From Faecousia sp. (GTDB lineage: Bacteria > Bacillota > Clostridia > Oscillospirales > Oscillospiraceae): 64,000 bases of DNA. Each line of letters begins with the position of its first letter. Positions within the stretch are counted from its first letter, which is position 1. A program made the position numbers and the translations under genes. The stretch spans positions 16,245 through 80,244 of the forward strand of contig JAZQHH010000139.1 in assembly GCA_045540495.1 (NCBI GenBank). The letters run 5' to 3'. Under the pieces are notes generated by a model. That model saw only the letters and a list, made by a program, of their open reading frames with translations, was not told the DNA's origin and ran no database searches. This document shows positions 38,184 to 48,190 of this stretch, in pieces.

Positions 38184-39374
38184 ATGCTGAAAGGAAAAAC
38201 AATCCTTCTGGGGGTCACTGGCGGTATTGCGGCCTATAAAGCGGCGGCCCTGGCCTCGGCTTTGGTGAAGCTCCATGCCGCTGTGGAAGTGGTGATGACG
38301 GATCATGCCACAAAATTTATTACCCCCCTGACCTTCGAGCAGCTCACCGGACGGCGAACCATGGTGGATACCTTCGACCGGAACTTCAGCCATCAGGTGG
38401 AACATATTTCGCTGGCGGAGCGGACGGATTTGGTAATCATCGCCCCGGCCACCGCCAATGTCTGTGCCAAGCTGGCCCACGGCCTGGCGGACGATATGCT
38501 GACCACCACGGTCCTGGCCTGCCGCTGTCCCAAGCTGATTGCCCCGGCGATGAATACCAATATGTATGAAAATCCGGTGACGCAGGATAATTTGCAGATC
38601 CTGCGCCGCTATGGTTGGGATGTGATTGACCCCGTCAGCGGCCGCCTGGCCTGCGGTGCCACCGGCAAGGGCAAACTGCCGGAGCCGGAGGAGCTGGTGC
38701 AGCACATTCTGAAGCATATTGGATTGCCCCATGATTTGTGCGGCAAAAACGTTCTTGTAACCGCAGGACCCACCCAGGAATCCCTTGACCCGGTGCGGTA
38801 TCTAACCAACCATTCCACCGGCAAAATGGGCTATGCCATCGCCAAAATGGCCATGCCCCGGGGCGCTGCAGTGACGCTGGTCACCGGCCCCACCGCCCTT
38901 ACCCCCCCGCCCTTTGTCAAGGTTGTGAAGGTGGTTTCGGCAGAAGATATGTTCCGGGCCGTAGCGGCGCATAGCCCGGATGCGGACTACATTTTCAAAG
39001 CGGCTGCCGTAGCAGACTATACCCCCGCCCAATATTGCGATGATAAAATGAAGAAAAAAGACGCTGATTTGTCCATTCCTTTGGAAAGAACCCGGGATAT
39101 TTTGAAGTATTTGGGTGAAAACCGCCGGGAAGGCCAGATAATTTGCGGCTTCTCCATGGAAACCCAAAACATGGTCGAAAACAGCCGGGAAAAGCTCAAC
39201 AAAAAGAATGTGGACATGATTTGCGCCAACAATCTAAAGCAGTCCGGCGCCGGCTTCGGTGTGGACACCAATATTATCACCCTGATCACAAAGGACGATA
39301 CACTGGAGCTTCCACTGCTGTCAAAGGAGGATGCTGCAAACGCCATCCTCAATCACGCAATTTCAATGTCTTGA
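38184..39374 (+). CDS. coaBC: Phosphopantothenoylcysteine decarboxylase/ligase
   Basis: GVTGGIAAYK, APATAN, APAMN, TAGPT.E..DPVRY.TN.STGKMG, AAVADY. Confidence 0.96.
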   Translation: MLKGKTILLGVTGGIAAYKAAALASALVKLHAAVEVVMTDHATKFITPLTFEQLTGRRTMVDTFDRNFSHQVEHISLAERTDLVIIAPATANVCAKLAHGLADDMLTTTVLACRCPKLIAPAMNTNMYENPVTQDNLQILRRYGWDVIDPVSGRLACGATGKGKLPEPEELVQHILKHIGLPHDLCGKNVLVTAGPTQESLDPVRYLTNHSTGKMGYAIAKMAMPRGAAVTLVTGPTALTPPPFVKVVKVVSAEDMFRAVAAHSPDADYIFKAAAVADYTPAQYCDDKMKKKDADLSIPLERTRDILKYLGENRREGQIICGFSMETQNMVENSREKLNKKNVDMICANNLKQSGAGFGVDTNIITLITKDDTLELPLLSKEDAANAILNHAISMS

Positions 39375-39384
39375 TGCGAATATT

Positions 39385-39418
39385 ACCCCGGCAGATTTCA
39401 AGCGAAATCTGCCGGGGT
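39385..39418. terminator. Terminator between convergent coaBC and ftsK
   Basis: ACCCCGGCAGATTT-CAAGCG-AAATCTGCCGGGGT. Confidence 0.7.
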
Positions 39419-39423
39419 TTACA

Positions 39424-42087
39424 TTAGAAATCCTCAGGAACGAAATCATCAAAGGGAGGCTCATCCTCCACAGCACCGCCGTTTTTCATGGCTTCCCACT
39501 TTTCTTTGGTAATGAGAATGGCCCGGGGCTTACTGCCCTGGAAGGGGCCAACGATGCCCTTCTCCTCCATCTCATCCACGATCCGGGCGGCTCTGGCATA
39601 GCCCAGCTTCAGGCGGCGCTGGAGCATGGATACAGAGGCCTGTCCGGTCTCCAAAATCACATCCACAGCGGCGGGGAGCATCTCATCCCCCTCCAGCTCA
39701 TCGGAATTGGGTTCCACATCCGCAGTAGCCGTCTTACTGCCGGTCTGGCTTGCCTTCTTCTCGATTTCTTCCATAACCGTCTGATCATATGTAGTGACAT
39801 AATTGTCCTTGACATAGTTGGCAACCGCCTCAACCTCGGGGTCGCTGACGAAGCAGCCCTGAACCCGGAGGGGCTTACCGGCACCGATGGGCGCAAAGAG
39901 CATATCGCCCCGGCCAACCAGCTTTTCCGCACCCTGGGTATCCAGAATGATGCGGGATTCCATGGCGGAGGCCACGGAGAAAGCAATTCTGGAAGGAATA
40001 TTCGCCTTCATCAGACCGGTAATAACGTCGGCAGAAGGGCGCTGGGTGGCGATAATCAGGTGAATACCAGCCGCACGACCCATCTGGGCAATCCGGCAAA
40101 TGGATTCTTCCACCTCCTTGGCGGCAACCAGCATCAAATCCGCCAGCTCGTCAATGATGACCACTACCTGGGGCAGCTTGCTCCCCTCTTCCTCGGCTTC
40201 CACGATGGAATTGTAGGATTCCAGATCCCGGACACCGGCATCGGACATGGCCTTATACCGGCGCATCATTTCGGTCACGGCCCATTGCAGAGAACCGGCA
40301 GCCTTCTTGGGGTCAGTAACAACAGGGATCAGCAGATGGGGAATACCATTGTAAATCCCCAATTCGACCATTTTGGGGTCAACCATAATGAGCTTCACAT
40401 CATCGGGGCTGGCCTTATACAGCAAGCTGATGATAATGGAGTTCATGCAGACGGACTTACCGGAACCGGTGGTACCGGCAATCAGCATATGGGGCAGCTT
40501 GGCGATATTGCCAACGATACAGTTGCCGGCGATATCCTTACCGACGGCAAAGCTGGACTTGGATTTCGCCTTATTAAACTCGTTGGAATCGATGACCTCC
40601 CGCAGAGAAACAGTCGTCACCGCCCGGTTGGGAACCTCGATGCCCACTACGGAAATTTTGCCGGTGACGGCGGCGATCCGAACGCCGGAGGCGCCCAGGC
40701 TCAGAGCAATATCGTCCGCCACGGTGGTCAGCTTATTCAGCCGAACGCCCTTTTCCAGCTCCACCTCGTACCGGGTGACGCTGGGGCCACGGGTCACATT
40801 GATGATGTGGGCTTCAATTTTGAAGCTTGCCAGGGTCTCATTCAGGCGGCGGGTATTCTCCCGCATCTCCGCCGTGCCATCCATCCCACCGCGGCGAGAG
40901 GGATTCAGCAGATCAATGGGCGGGAAGCAATAAATGGGTTTATCAGCCCCCGCATTCTGGGCAATTTCCGCAGCCACCTCAGCAGCAGAAGCGGCGGCCT
41001 CTTTGGCAGTCACCTTGGCAGGCACCGCCTCAGTAACAGGGGGCGGCGGGGGAATCAGGTCATCCGCCACGTCGTCATCCTCTTGCTCCAGGGGCGGCAT
41101 ACCGCTGGTAGTGGGGAAAACAACCTCTGCCGGAGGAGCCTTTTTCTTCTTGGGTGCCGCAGGCTTTTTCTTTTCAACAACAGGCGTGGCGTTAAACAGC
41201 GTATCATCGATCTCGGGGCCAACCGGAGTTTTTGCAGCCGTAACGGGCCCATCGATCTCGTCAATCTGGGACATCATATGCTTGACCCGGGGGCTCAAAG
41301 GTTTCTCCCGCTTCGGTTCGCCATCCACCGGGAGGTCAATATTAACCTTCTCTTCCCGAGCCCGGCGGCGATTTTCGAGCATTTCGATGCGTTTGTTTGC
41401 CAAATGATTCACAACCACGGAAGCCGGTTCCGGCCGCTGAGCCATAGCCTCATCACTTTCCCACTCCGCTCTGGGCCGATTTTCAATGGCTCTGACCAAA
41501 CTGGGCACGGTGATCTGCATGGAACCAAGCAGTGTAAAGACGCCAGCAAAGATCAAAACGATCAAACTGATCCAATCATACAGCAGCCAACGAAGGAAGG
41601 TTGCGATCAAACCGCAGACCAAACCACCGGTGGCACCGCTGATGCCGCCGTCATACAGCCACCGCAGGTAAGGCAGACCGGAAGCCACCTCAGGCCGGTA
41701 TTTGGTAAGATGGGAAATACAACCGCAGATCAAAACAAAGCAAATCAGACAAATACTGCGGTTCATAACCGGCCGGCCACGGCTGAAGGCATGAATGGAG
41801 AATAAGTAAACCAGCGCAGGCAGAGAAAGGAAAAATGCGGTTTTTCCAATCAAGCCCAGGATAAACTTATACAAAAATTTTACCAAAATACCGTCTGGCT
41901 TCATAGCCATAATGGAAAACACCAAAAACAGCCCCAAAAATACCATAGAAGAAATAAACCGGGGCGGAATCTTGGTAATCTCCTCAGGCTCAGGATTTTT
42001 CTTGGAGCCACCGGATTTTGCAGGCAGACTCTTCCGCTTCGTGCCGGAGGCCAATTCTGCTTTTGTAGGTTTTTTACTGGGTGCCAT
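39424..42087 (-). CDS. ftsK: DNA translocase FtsK/SpoIIIE
   Basis: N-terminal TMs, Pro-rich linker, PHMLIAGTTGSGKS, DPKMVEL, ATQRPS, gamma domain SMLQRRLKLGYARAARIVD. Confidence 0.96.
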   Translation of the reverse strand: MAPSKKPTKAELASGTKRKSLPAKSGGSKKNPEPEEITKIPPRFISSMVFLGLFLVFSIMAMKPDGILVKFLYKFILGLIGKTAFFLSLPALVYLFSIHAFSRGRPVMNRSICLICFVLICGCISHLTKYRPEVASGLPYLRWLYDGGISGATGGLVCGLIATFLRWLLYDWISLIVLIFAGVFTLLGSMQITVPSLVRAIENRPRAEWESDEAMAQRPEPASVVVNHLANKRIEMLENRRRAREEKVNIDLPVDGEPKREKPLSPRVKHMMSQIDEIDGPVTAAKTPVGPEIDDTLFNATPVVEKKKPAAPKKKKAPPAEVVFPTTSGMPPLEQEDDDVADDLIPPPPPVTEAVPAKVTAKEAAASAAEVAAEIAQNAGADKPIYCFPPIDLLNPSRRGGMDGTAEMRENTRRLNETLASFKIEAHIINVTRGPSVTRYEVELEKGVRLNKLTTVADDIALSLGASGVRIAAVTGKISVVGIEVPNRAVTTVSLREVIDSNEFNKAKSKSSFAVGKDIAGNCIVGNIAKLPHMLIAGTTGSGKSVCMNSIIISLLYKASPDDVKLIMVDPKMVELGIYNGIPHLLIPVVTDPKKAAGSLQWAVTEMMRRYKAMSDAGVRDLESYNSIVEAEEEGSKLPQVVVIIDELADLMLVAAKEVEESICRIAQMGRAAGIHLIIATQRPSADVITGLMKANIPSRIAFSVASAMESRIILDTQGAEKLVGRGDMLFAPIGAGKPLRVQGCFVSDPEVEAVANYVKDNYVTTYDQTVMEEIEKKASQTGSKTATADVEPNSDELEGDEMLPAAVDVILETGQASVSMLQRRLKLGYARAARIVDEMEEKGIVGPFQGSKPRAILITKEKWEAMKNGGAVEDEPPFDDFVPEDF

Positions 42088-42098
42088 AGAGAACCTCC

Positions 42099-42932
42099 TT
42101 AAACCAGTAGATAGAGAATAAAGGCGAACATGGCCATGCCCCAACTGTAATAGCTGAAGCGGCTGAAGCTGGCCTTCACAGATAGATATCGAAGGAACAT
42201 AATTGCAAGATAGCCGACGCCGAAAGAAAGGCCAGCCATCACCAGATAGCACAGCCACGCCACACCGGAAACAGCGACTTTCGCAACAATTACGCCGTAA
42301 CAATCAAAAACCAGCAGACCAAGCAGGGCAGGAACGGACAAAAGCAAGGCCATTTCCAGCGCATAGGCCCTGTCAACGCCACGAACTTGTCCGCCGCTGA
42401 CCATACAGCCTATCCGGGAAAACCCAGGGATCATGGCCAGAGCCCCGCTTATTCCGATGGTCAAGGTATCCAACCGGCTGAGACTGCGGCCGTCCTTGTT
42501 ACCCTGTAGCCGAATCCGGGGCCAAAACAGCACAAGCCCGTTGACAGTCAGCATCAAGGCCAACAGCGCCATACTGCCGATCCACTTCCCTGCCCTTTTA
42601 TAAAACAGCAAACCGATCAGAATCGGAATCACAGCGGTTTTCAGCGCTTTGGTGTCGAGAATGGCGACAGTATCCACATGGGTGCTGCGATGCCGCCGGG
42701 CATAGCCAGCAAGCCGATTCGCCCGCAGCAAATGCTGAATCCGTTTTTTGCAGCTGAAAAGCAGCGCAGCAAGGGTCCCCAGTCGAATAACAAAGGGAAC
42801 CATGGCGTCGGTCATCTGAAAGCCGGTAAGCATTTCATACAGCATCTGATGGGCCCGGGGCGAGACAGGAAGGAACTCCGTAAACGCCGAAAAAAGCACA
42901 TAAATGAACTTGTGTAGCAGTTGATCGGGCAT
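42099..42932 (-). CDS. UppP/BacA-family protein with degenerate active site
   Basis: TEFLPVSPRAH (canonical TEFLPVSSxGH) and PGFSRIG (canonical PGxSRSG); multi-TM; C-terminal F..Y. Confidence 0.8.
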   Translation of the reverse strand: MPDQLLHKFIYVLFSAFTEFLPVSPRAHQMLYEMLTGFQMTDAMVPFVIRLGTLAALLFSCKKRIQHLLRANRLAGYARRHRSTHVDTVAILDTKALKTAVIPILIGLLFYKRAGKWIGSMALLALMLTVNGLVLFWPRIRLQGNKDGRSLSRLDTLTIGISGALAMIPGFSRIGCMVSGGQVRGVDRAYALEMALLLSVPALLGLLVFDCYGVIVAKVAVSGVAWLCYLVMAGLSFGVGYLAIMFLRYLSVKASFSRFSYYSWGMAMFAFILYLLV

Positions 42933-43005
42933 TTCCGTTCCTCCTGTCTGTTGATTCATCTTATCATATCACATTTGCGACAGGATTTCCACCCCGGAAT
43001 CAAAA

Positions 43006-43698
43006 TTATTCTGTCTTATTTTTTTGTTTGGAGATCATTTTGTGCAAAGCAGAAAGAGCATCATTCAGGCCGCCCAGCTTATCTATCAGCCCGGAAGAAA
43101 CCGCCTCCTTGCCATAGAGAATGGTACCCACGTCTGTTGCCATTTCGCCGGTGGCCATCATATAATGTTCGAAGGTTTCTTTTGAAATTCTGGAGTTTGC
43201 GGTAACAAATTCAGTAATTTGTTCCTGAATTCTTTGGAAATATCGGAAAGTCTGAGGGGCACCAACCACAAGCCCCGTCATCCGGACCGGATGCACCGTC
43301 ATACTGGCGGTGGGCGTAATGAAGCTCTTTTTGGTGCAGACCGCGAGCGGAATGCCAATGGAATGGCCGCCGCCAAGGACAAGAGAAACGGTTGGTTTTT
43401 TCATGCCCGCAATCATTTCAGCAATGGCAAGCCCGGCCTCAATATCACCGCCGACGGTGTTCAGAAGCAGAAGCAGGCCGTCGATATCTTCGCTTTCTTC
43501 GATACCGGCCAAAAGGGGCAAAACGTGTTCATATTTCGTGGTCTTCACCGTTTCTGGCGCCACCTGATGCCCCTCCACCTGGCCGATGATGGTGAGGGTA
43601 TAAATATTCCCCTGTGGGCTTTTTGTAATATCAGAGCCCAGCTCCACCACCTGCTCCCGCTCTTCTTTTTTCATATCCGGGTCACGTTTTTCGTTCAT
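43006..43698 (-). CDS. tepA: ClpP-like translocation-enhancing protein TepA
   Basis: IIGQVEGH, KTTKYEH, NTVGGD.EAGLAIAE, GGGHSIG, HPVR; tepA...ftsK synteny. Confidence 0.9.
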   Translation of the reverse strand: MNEKRDPDMKKEEREQVVELGSDITKSPQGNIYTLTIIGQVEGHQVAPETVKTTKYEHVLPLLAGIEESEDIDGLLLLLNTVGGDIEAGLAIAEMIAGMKKPTVSLVLGGGHSIGIPLAVCTKKSFITPTASMTVHPVRMTGLVVGAPQTFRYFQRIQEQITEFVTANSRISKETFEHYMMATGEMATDVGTILYGKEAVSSGLIDKLGGLNDALSALHKMISKQKNKTE

Positions 43699-43792
43699 GG
43701 TATACCTCCTGTATTTTGGATAACCTTATTCTGTCCAATAAATCCCCCTTGCAACCGGGGGAAAAGTAAGGTATAATACAAAAGGTGATTTT

Positions 43793-44263
43793 ATGGCAGA
43801 CAAGACCAACGCCGTCCGGATGGTCCAGCAAGCAAAAATTCCCTGCCGGGAGGCGTTTTATGAATTTGACGAAAATGATCTCAACGGAAACCACGCAGCA
43901 AAAGCCGTAGGGATGCCTCCGGAGCAGGTTTTCAAGACGCTGGTAGCCCGTGGCGATAAAACGGGGATCCATGTATTTTGTATCCCGGTATGCTGTGAGC
44001 TGGATTTGAAAAAAGCCGCCAAGGCCGCCGGTGATAAGAAAATCGAAATGGTGGCAGTGAAAGAACTTCTGGGACTCACCGGATATATCCGGGGTGGCTG
44101 CAGCCCTGTTGGGATGAAAAAGAAATATCCCACCTATTTCGATGAAACCTGCATCCTATGGGACGAGATCGCCGTCTCCGCCGGGGCCAGAGGCCACCAA
44201 ATGATCCTCCCGCCGGAGGCGCTGGCTGAACTTGTCCAAGCAAAATTGGTCGATTTAACCTGA
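43793..44263 (+). CDS. ybaK: Cys-tRNA(Pro) deacylase
   Basis: KTNA.R, VFKTLV, TGYIRGGCSP.G, SAG.RG. Confidence 0.93.
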   Translation: MADKTNAVRMVQQAKIPCREAFYEFDENDLNGNHAAKAVGMPPEQVFKTLVARGDKTGIHVFCIPVCCELDLKKAAKAAGDKKIEMVAVKELLGLTGYIRGGCSPVGMKKKYPTYFDETCILWDEIAVSAGARGHQMILPPEALAELVQAKLVDLT

Positions 44264-44278
44264 GAAAGGAAGATTTTT

Positions 44279-44527
44279 ATGCAATATACTTACAGAACCA
44301 AGGGCGTATGCTCCCAAATGATCAGCTTCGAGGTGGACGATAACAAGGTCAGCAATGTCCAGTTCTTCGGCGGCTGCAACGGCAACCTGAAGGGCATCGG
44401 CGCCCTGGTGGAGGGCATGGATATCGACGATGTCATCTCCCGGGTAGAGGGCATCAAGTGCGGTATGAAGTCCACCTCCTGCCCCGACCAGCTGGCAAAG
44501 GCATTGAAAGAAGCCAAAGGTATTTGA
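44279..44527 (+). CDS. TIGR03905-type TSCPD domain protein
   Basis: GVCS, GGC.GN, GI.CG...TSCPDQL. Confidence 0.88.
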   Translation: MQYTYRTKGVCSQMISFEVDDNKVSNVQFFGGCNGNLKGIGALVEGMDIDDVISRVEGIKCGMKSTSCPDQLAKALKEAKGI

Positions 44528-44541
44528 TTTTCTATTACGAA

Positions 44542-44569
44542 AAGCCCACAGCCGAATGGCTGTGGGCTT
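44542..44569. terminator. Terminator between convergent genes
   Basis: AAGCCCACAGCC-GAAT-GGCTGTGGGCTT. Confidence 0.7.
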
Positions 44570-44578
44570 GCTGCATAT

Positions 44579-45082
44579 TCAGGATTTCATATCGTCTTTT
44601 GGCAGGCGATTTAGCAATTTGGACCACATTTTCTTGAGAAAAGACGGAACATTTGCAGGTGAAACGATCTGATCTTCTTCCATCGGTTCATCAAGGACCC
44701 ATGGCAGATCCATCGTTCCAACAGACAACACAAAGTACGGCCGCGGGCAATACGTATTGATCATGGCCTGTTCCGCAGTTTCAGGAAATACTTTGATTCC
44801 GTCAACCAAAATTGGTTCCTTAGAAAATTGAAGGATTGAGCCGGACACTGCATATAAATTCATGAGCATGATTGAAGTGAAAGGCATCAATTCATCCGGT
44901 GCCTCAATATCAATTCCAAATTGTGCAAGAAATGTCCGCAAATTTGGGTAAGTGTTGTCAACAGCGGCATAAAAATTGCGGCAATAGGCGCAAGTGCAGT
45001 GGTCAGCGGCCTCAGCGGCGGAGTATTCCATGGTAGCCGCCATGTCAATATCAAATTTCCAGTCGTCAATTTCCAGAACCAT
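44579..45082 (-). CDS. Hypothetical protein with CxCxxC motif
   Basis: GGAGG RBS; HCTCAYCRNF and LPWVL motifs. Confidence 0.7.
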   Translation of the reverse strand: MVLEIDDWKFDIDMAATMEYSAAEAADHCTCAYCRNFYAAVDNTYPNLRTFLAQFGIDIEAPDELMPFTSIMLMNLYAVSGSILQFSKEPILVDGIKVFPETAEQAMINTYCPRPYFVLSVGTMDLPWVLDEPMEEDQIVSPANVPSFLKKMWSKLLNRLPKDDMKS

Positions 45083-45095
45083 AGGAAACCTCCGT

Positions 45096-45130
45096 GAGAT
45101 TGCCACGGCCCAACGGAACTTGCAATGACA
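45096..45130 (-). repeat. Single unit of the TGTC-tagged REP-like element
   Basis: Minus strand TGTCATTGCAAG...GCCGTGGCAATCTC. Confidence 0.65.
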
Positions 45131-45131
45131 G

Positions 45132-45716
45132 CTATTCTTTAACCGCGGCGAAAATATACTTCAGCAGCTCGTCCTTGCCGTTTCCTTTTTCAGCAGAAAA
45201 CGAAATAATGGGGCACGCCTCCGGCAGCTCCAAATCGGAGCGGATGGTTGCCAGAATCGACTGGATCTCGCTCTTTTTCACCTTGTCCAGCTTATTGGCA
45301 ACCACCACAAAAGGACAACCGCTGTCCAGGAACCAACGGGCCATAGTGATATCGTTATTGGTAGGCGCATGGCGGTGGTCAACGATCAAAATGCCCAGAT
45401 CGATGCGCCCAGCCGCAAAATAATCCTCCATGAGCTTGCCCCACCGCTCTTTTTCCTTCTGGGAAACCTTCGCATAGCCATAGCCGGGCAAATCCACAAA
45501 ATAACATTTTTTATCAACAGTAAAATAGTTGACATGGATGGTTTTACCCGGCTTCTCCCCTACTCTGGCGAAATTTTTCCGGTTCAGGATTCGGTTGATG
45601 ACCGAGGATTTACCCACATTGGATTTGCCTGCAAAGGCAATTTCCGGCAGGCGGCTCTTGGGAAAATCCTTGGGAGCCGCCGCGGAAATTAAAAATTCTA
45701 CATTGTGAAGATTCAT
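45132..45716 (-). CDS. engB: Ribosome biogenesis GTPase EngB/YihA/YsxC
   Basis: AFAGKSNVGKSS, PGKT, DLPGYG, NKLD; lon-engB synteny. Confidence 0.95.
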   Translation of the reverse strand: MNLHNVEFLISAAAPKDFPKSRLPEIAFAGKSNVGKSSVINRILNRKNFARVGEKPGKTIHVNYFTVDKKCYFVDLPGYGYAKVSQKEKERWGKLMEDYFAAGRIDLGILIVDHRHAPTNNDITMARWFLDSGCPFVVVANKLDKVKKSEIQSILATIRSDLELPEACPIISFSAEKGNGKDELLKYIFAAVKE

Positions 45717-45724
45717 ATTATACC

Positions 45725-48124
45725 TCACTGCTGGATGCTGCTGCGGTTTCTGGGCTTCACATCAGCAGGCAAATCGTTTCGAATGGTAGGGATAATTTCC
45801 CCATCCCGCTTCAAAGCTGCCTCCAGCACCGTGTCCACCGTGGTTGCGGTGATGAAATTCAGGGACTTGCGGACCGTCTGGTCGATTTCCTCCAGGTCCC
45901 GGCGGTTATCCTCTGGGATGATCACCGTGGAAATGCCGTGCCGCAGGGCAGCCATGGTCTTCTCCTTCAGGCCGCCGATGGGCAGCACCCGGCCACGAAT
46001 AGAAACCTCACCGGTCATGGCGATATCCCGCCGGACGGGGGTATTGGTCAAAGCGGACACCATGGCGGTGGTAACGGTGACACCGGCGGAGGGCCCATCC
46101 TTGGGCACTGCCCCGGCAGGGAAATGGACATGGATATCCTTGGTCTTGTAAAAATCCGGGGCAACCCCCAGCTTCTGGGCATTGGCGCGGATATAGCTCA
46201 GGGCTCCGTGGGCGGATTCCTTCATCACATCGCCCAAATTGCCGGTGAGCTCCAATTTGCCGGAGCCATCCATCACGTTGACTTCCACTTCCAGAGTCTC
46301 GCCTCCAACCGAGGTCCAGGCCAAACCGGTGACCAGACCAATCTGATCGGTGCCGGGGATTCGGTCAGGCAGATATTTCCGAATACCCAAAAATTCTGCC
46401 ACATTGGAACCGGTAATACTGATTTTTTTTGGTGCGTCCTCTTCCAGTAGCTTTCGGTCGGTCTTTCGGCAAATATCCGCAAAGCAACGCTCCAGGTTCC
46501 GAACGCCGGATTCCCTGGTGTAGCAGCAAATAATCTCCCGAATGGCATCGTCGGATATCTTCAATTGGGATTTCTTCAGGCCGTGCTTCGCCATCTGCTT
46601 GGGAATCAGATGATTTTTGGCAATCATCAGCTTTTCTTCGTCGGTATAGGAGCCCAGCTCAATGACTTCCATCCGGTCCAGCAGCGGCCGGGGCACCGTA
46701 TCCAGGGTATTGGCGGTGGTGATAAACATCACTTCGGACAAATCGAAGGGAATTTCCAAATAATGATCCCGATAAGTCTTGTTCTGCTCCGCATCCAGTA
46801 CCTCCAGCAAAGCAGCGCTGGGGTCGCCCCGATGATCGGCACCCATTTTATCGATTTCATCCAGCAGAAGCAGCGGATTCCGGCTGCCCGCCTGGGTCAT
46901 TGCAGCCATAATACGACCAGGCATGGCACCTACATAGGTTTTCCGATGGCCACGAATGTCCGCTTCGTCCCGCACACCGCCCAGGGAAATCCGGGCCAGC
47001 TTCCGGTTCAGTGCCCGGGCGATGGAATAGGCAATAGAAGTCTTACCAACGCCGGGAGGGCCCACCAGGCACAGAATCTGGGGCGGCATCTGAGGCGCCA
47101 TCTGCCGAATCGCAACCGTTTCGAGGATTCGCTCCTTCACCTTCTCCAGACCATAGTGGTCCTTCTCCAGCACCTTGGCGGCAGCTTCAACGCTGATTCG
47201 CTCCTTCGTCCAGATCAACCAGGGCAAATCCAGCACCGTATCCAGGTAATTCCGAAGCACTGCCGCCTCAGAGGAACCAAAGGGCTGCTTTTTCAGCCGG
47301 GACAAATCCTTGCGGAGCTTATTTTCAGTTTCCTCATCAAAATGGCATTGAAGGATTTTCTTTTCATACTCAGCAAATTCTTCGTACTCATCCTGCTCCC
47401 CCAGCTCTTCCCGAATGATTTTCATCTGCTCCCGCAGATAGTATTCCCGCTGGTTTTTGTCCATGGCGGCATGGGTTTTGGACTGAATGTCGTCCTCCAG
47501 CCGGAGCATTTCCAGCTCCCGGCTCAGGAGCCGCAGGGCGGATTCCAGCCGACGAACCGGATCAAGGTTGCACAGGAGCTTCGCTTTGTCCTGATAATCC
47601 ATGCCGGAATTTTGCGCGATGCAATCGGCAAGAAAACCGGGATTATGGGATGACAGCATTTTAAGCATCACAGATTGGGCCGGAAACTCAGACAGCTCCA
47701 GGTAAGCACCGTAGAGTGCATTAGCCTCCCGGCAAAGGGCATGATTGCGGGGGCTGTCCACGGATTCCGATTCCGGCACAGCCTGCACATGGGCGTAGAG
47801 ATAGGGCTCCGTGCTACGCATTTCAGAAATACGCCCCCGGCAAATGCCGTTGACCAGCACCCGCATGGTTTCCCCCTGGGGCCGCAGAATCTGCTTTACC
47901 TTTGCAACGGTTCCGATGGCGACCAAATCTCCCAACTCAGGGTCATCGGTCATAATATTTTTTTGAGGCACAAGAAAAATGGGGGAACCATCCTTCATAG
48001 CCCGCTCCAGGGCTTTCACAGACTTCATGCGGCCCACATCAAAGTGGACACTCTGGTCCGGAAACACCGCCAGGCCCCGCAGGGCCAGCACCGGCAGGTC
48101 GCCGGAAATATAGGTTTCGCTCAT
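45725..48124 (-). CDS. lon: Endopeptidase La
   Basis: GPPGVGKT, GHRKTYVGAMPG, PKDGPSAG catalytic Ser, IGGLKEK. Confidence 0.97.
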   Translation of the reverse strand: MSETYISGDLPVLALRGLAVFPDQSVHFDVGRMKSVKALERAMKDGSPIFLVPQKNIMTDDPELGDLVAIGTVAKVKQILRPQGETMRVLVNGICRGRISEMRSTEPYLYAHVQAVPESESVDSPRNHALCREANALYGAYLELSEFPAQSVMLKMLSSHNPGFLADCIAQNSGMDYQDKAKLLCNLDPVRRLESALRLLSRELEMLRLEDDIQSKTHAAMDKNQREYYLREQMKIIREELGEQDEYEEFAEYEKKILQCHFDEETENKLRKDLSRLKKQPFGSSEAAVLRNYLDTVLDLPWLIWTKERISVEAAAKVLEKDHYGLEKVKERILETVAIRQMAPQMPPQILCLVGPPGVGKTSIAYSIARALNRKLARISLGGVRDEADIRGHRKTYVGAMPGRIMAAMTQAGSRNPLLLLDEIDKMGADHRGDPSAALLEVLDAEQNKTYRDHYLEIPFDLSEVMFITTANTLDTVPRPLLDRMEVIELGSYTDEEKLMIAKNHLIPKQMAKHGLKKSQLKISDDAIREIICCYTRESGVRNLERCFADICRKTDRKLLEEDAPKKISITGSNVAEFLGIRKYLPDRIPGTDQIGLVTGLAWTSVGGETLEVEVNVMDGSGKLELTGNLGDVMKESAHGALSYIRANAQKLGVAPDFYKTKDIHVHFPAGAVPKDGPSAGVTVTTAMVSALTNTPVRRDIAMTGEVSIRGRVLPIGGLKEKTMAALRHGISTVIIPEDNRRDLEEIDQTVRKSLNFITATTVDTVLEAALKRDGEIIPTIRNDLPADVKPRNRSSIQQ

Positions 48125-48150
48125 GGGATCACCTTCCTTTGTATAGAGCG

Positions 48151-48180
48151 AAAAAGGGGGTAGAAAAACTACCCCCTTTT
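48151..48180 (-). terminator. Terminator after clpX
   Basis: AAAAGGGGGTAG-AAAAA-CTACCCCCTTTT. Confidence 0.65.
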
Positions 48181-48190
48181 GGGAAATTGC

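Noticed and set aside
39331-41805. 824-aa plus-strand ORF, and similar long antisense ORFs (9044-10633, 25683-27005, 61218-62579)
   Set aside because: Shadow frames opposite well-conserved genes; no recognisable motifs; expected from GC-rich codon bias.
44960-45010. CxCxxC as a radical SAM motif
   Set aside because: The spacing is not CxxxCxxC and the protein is too short for the barrel fold.
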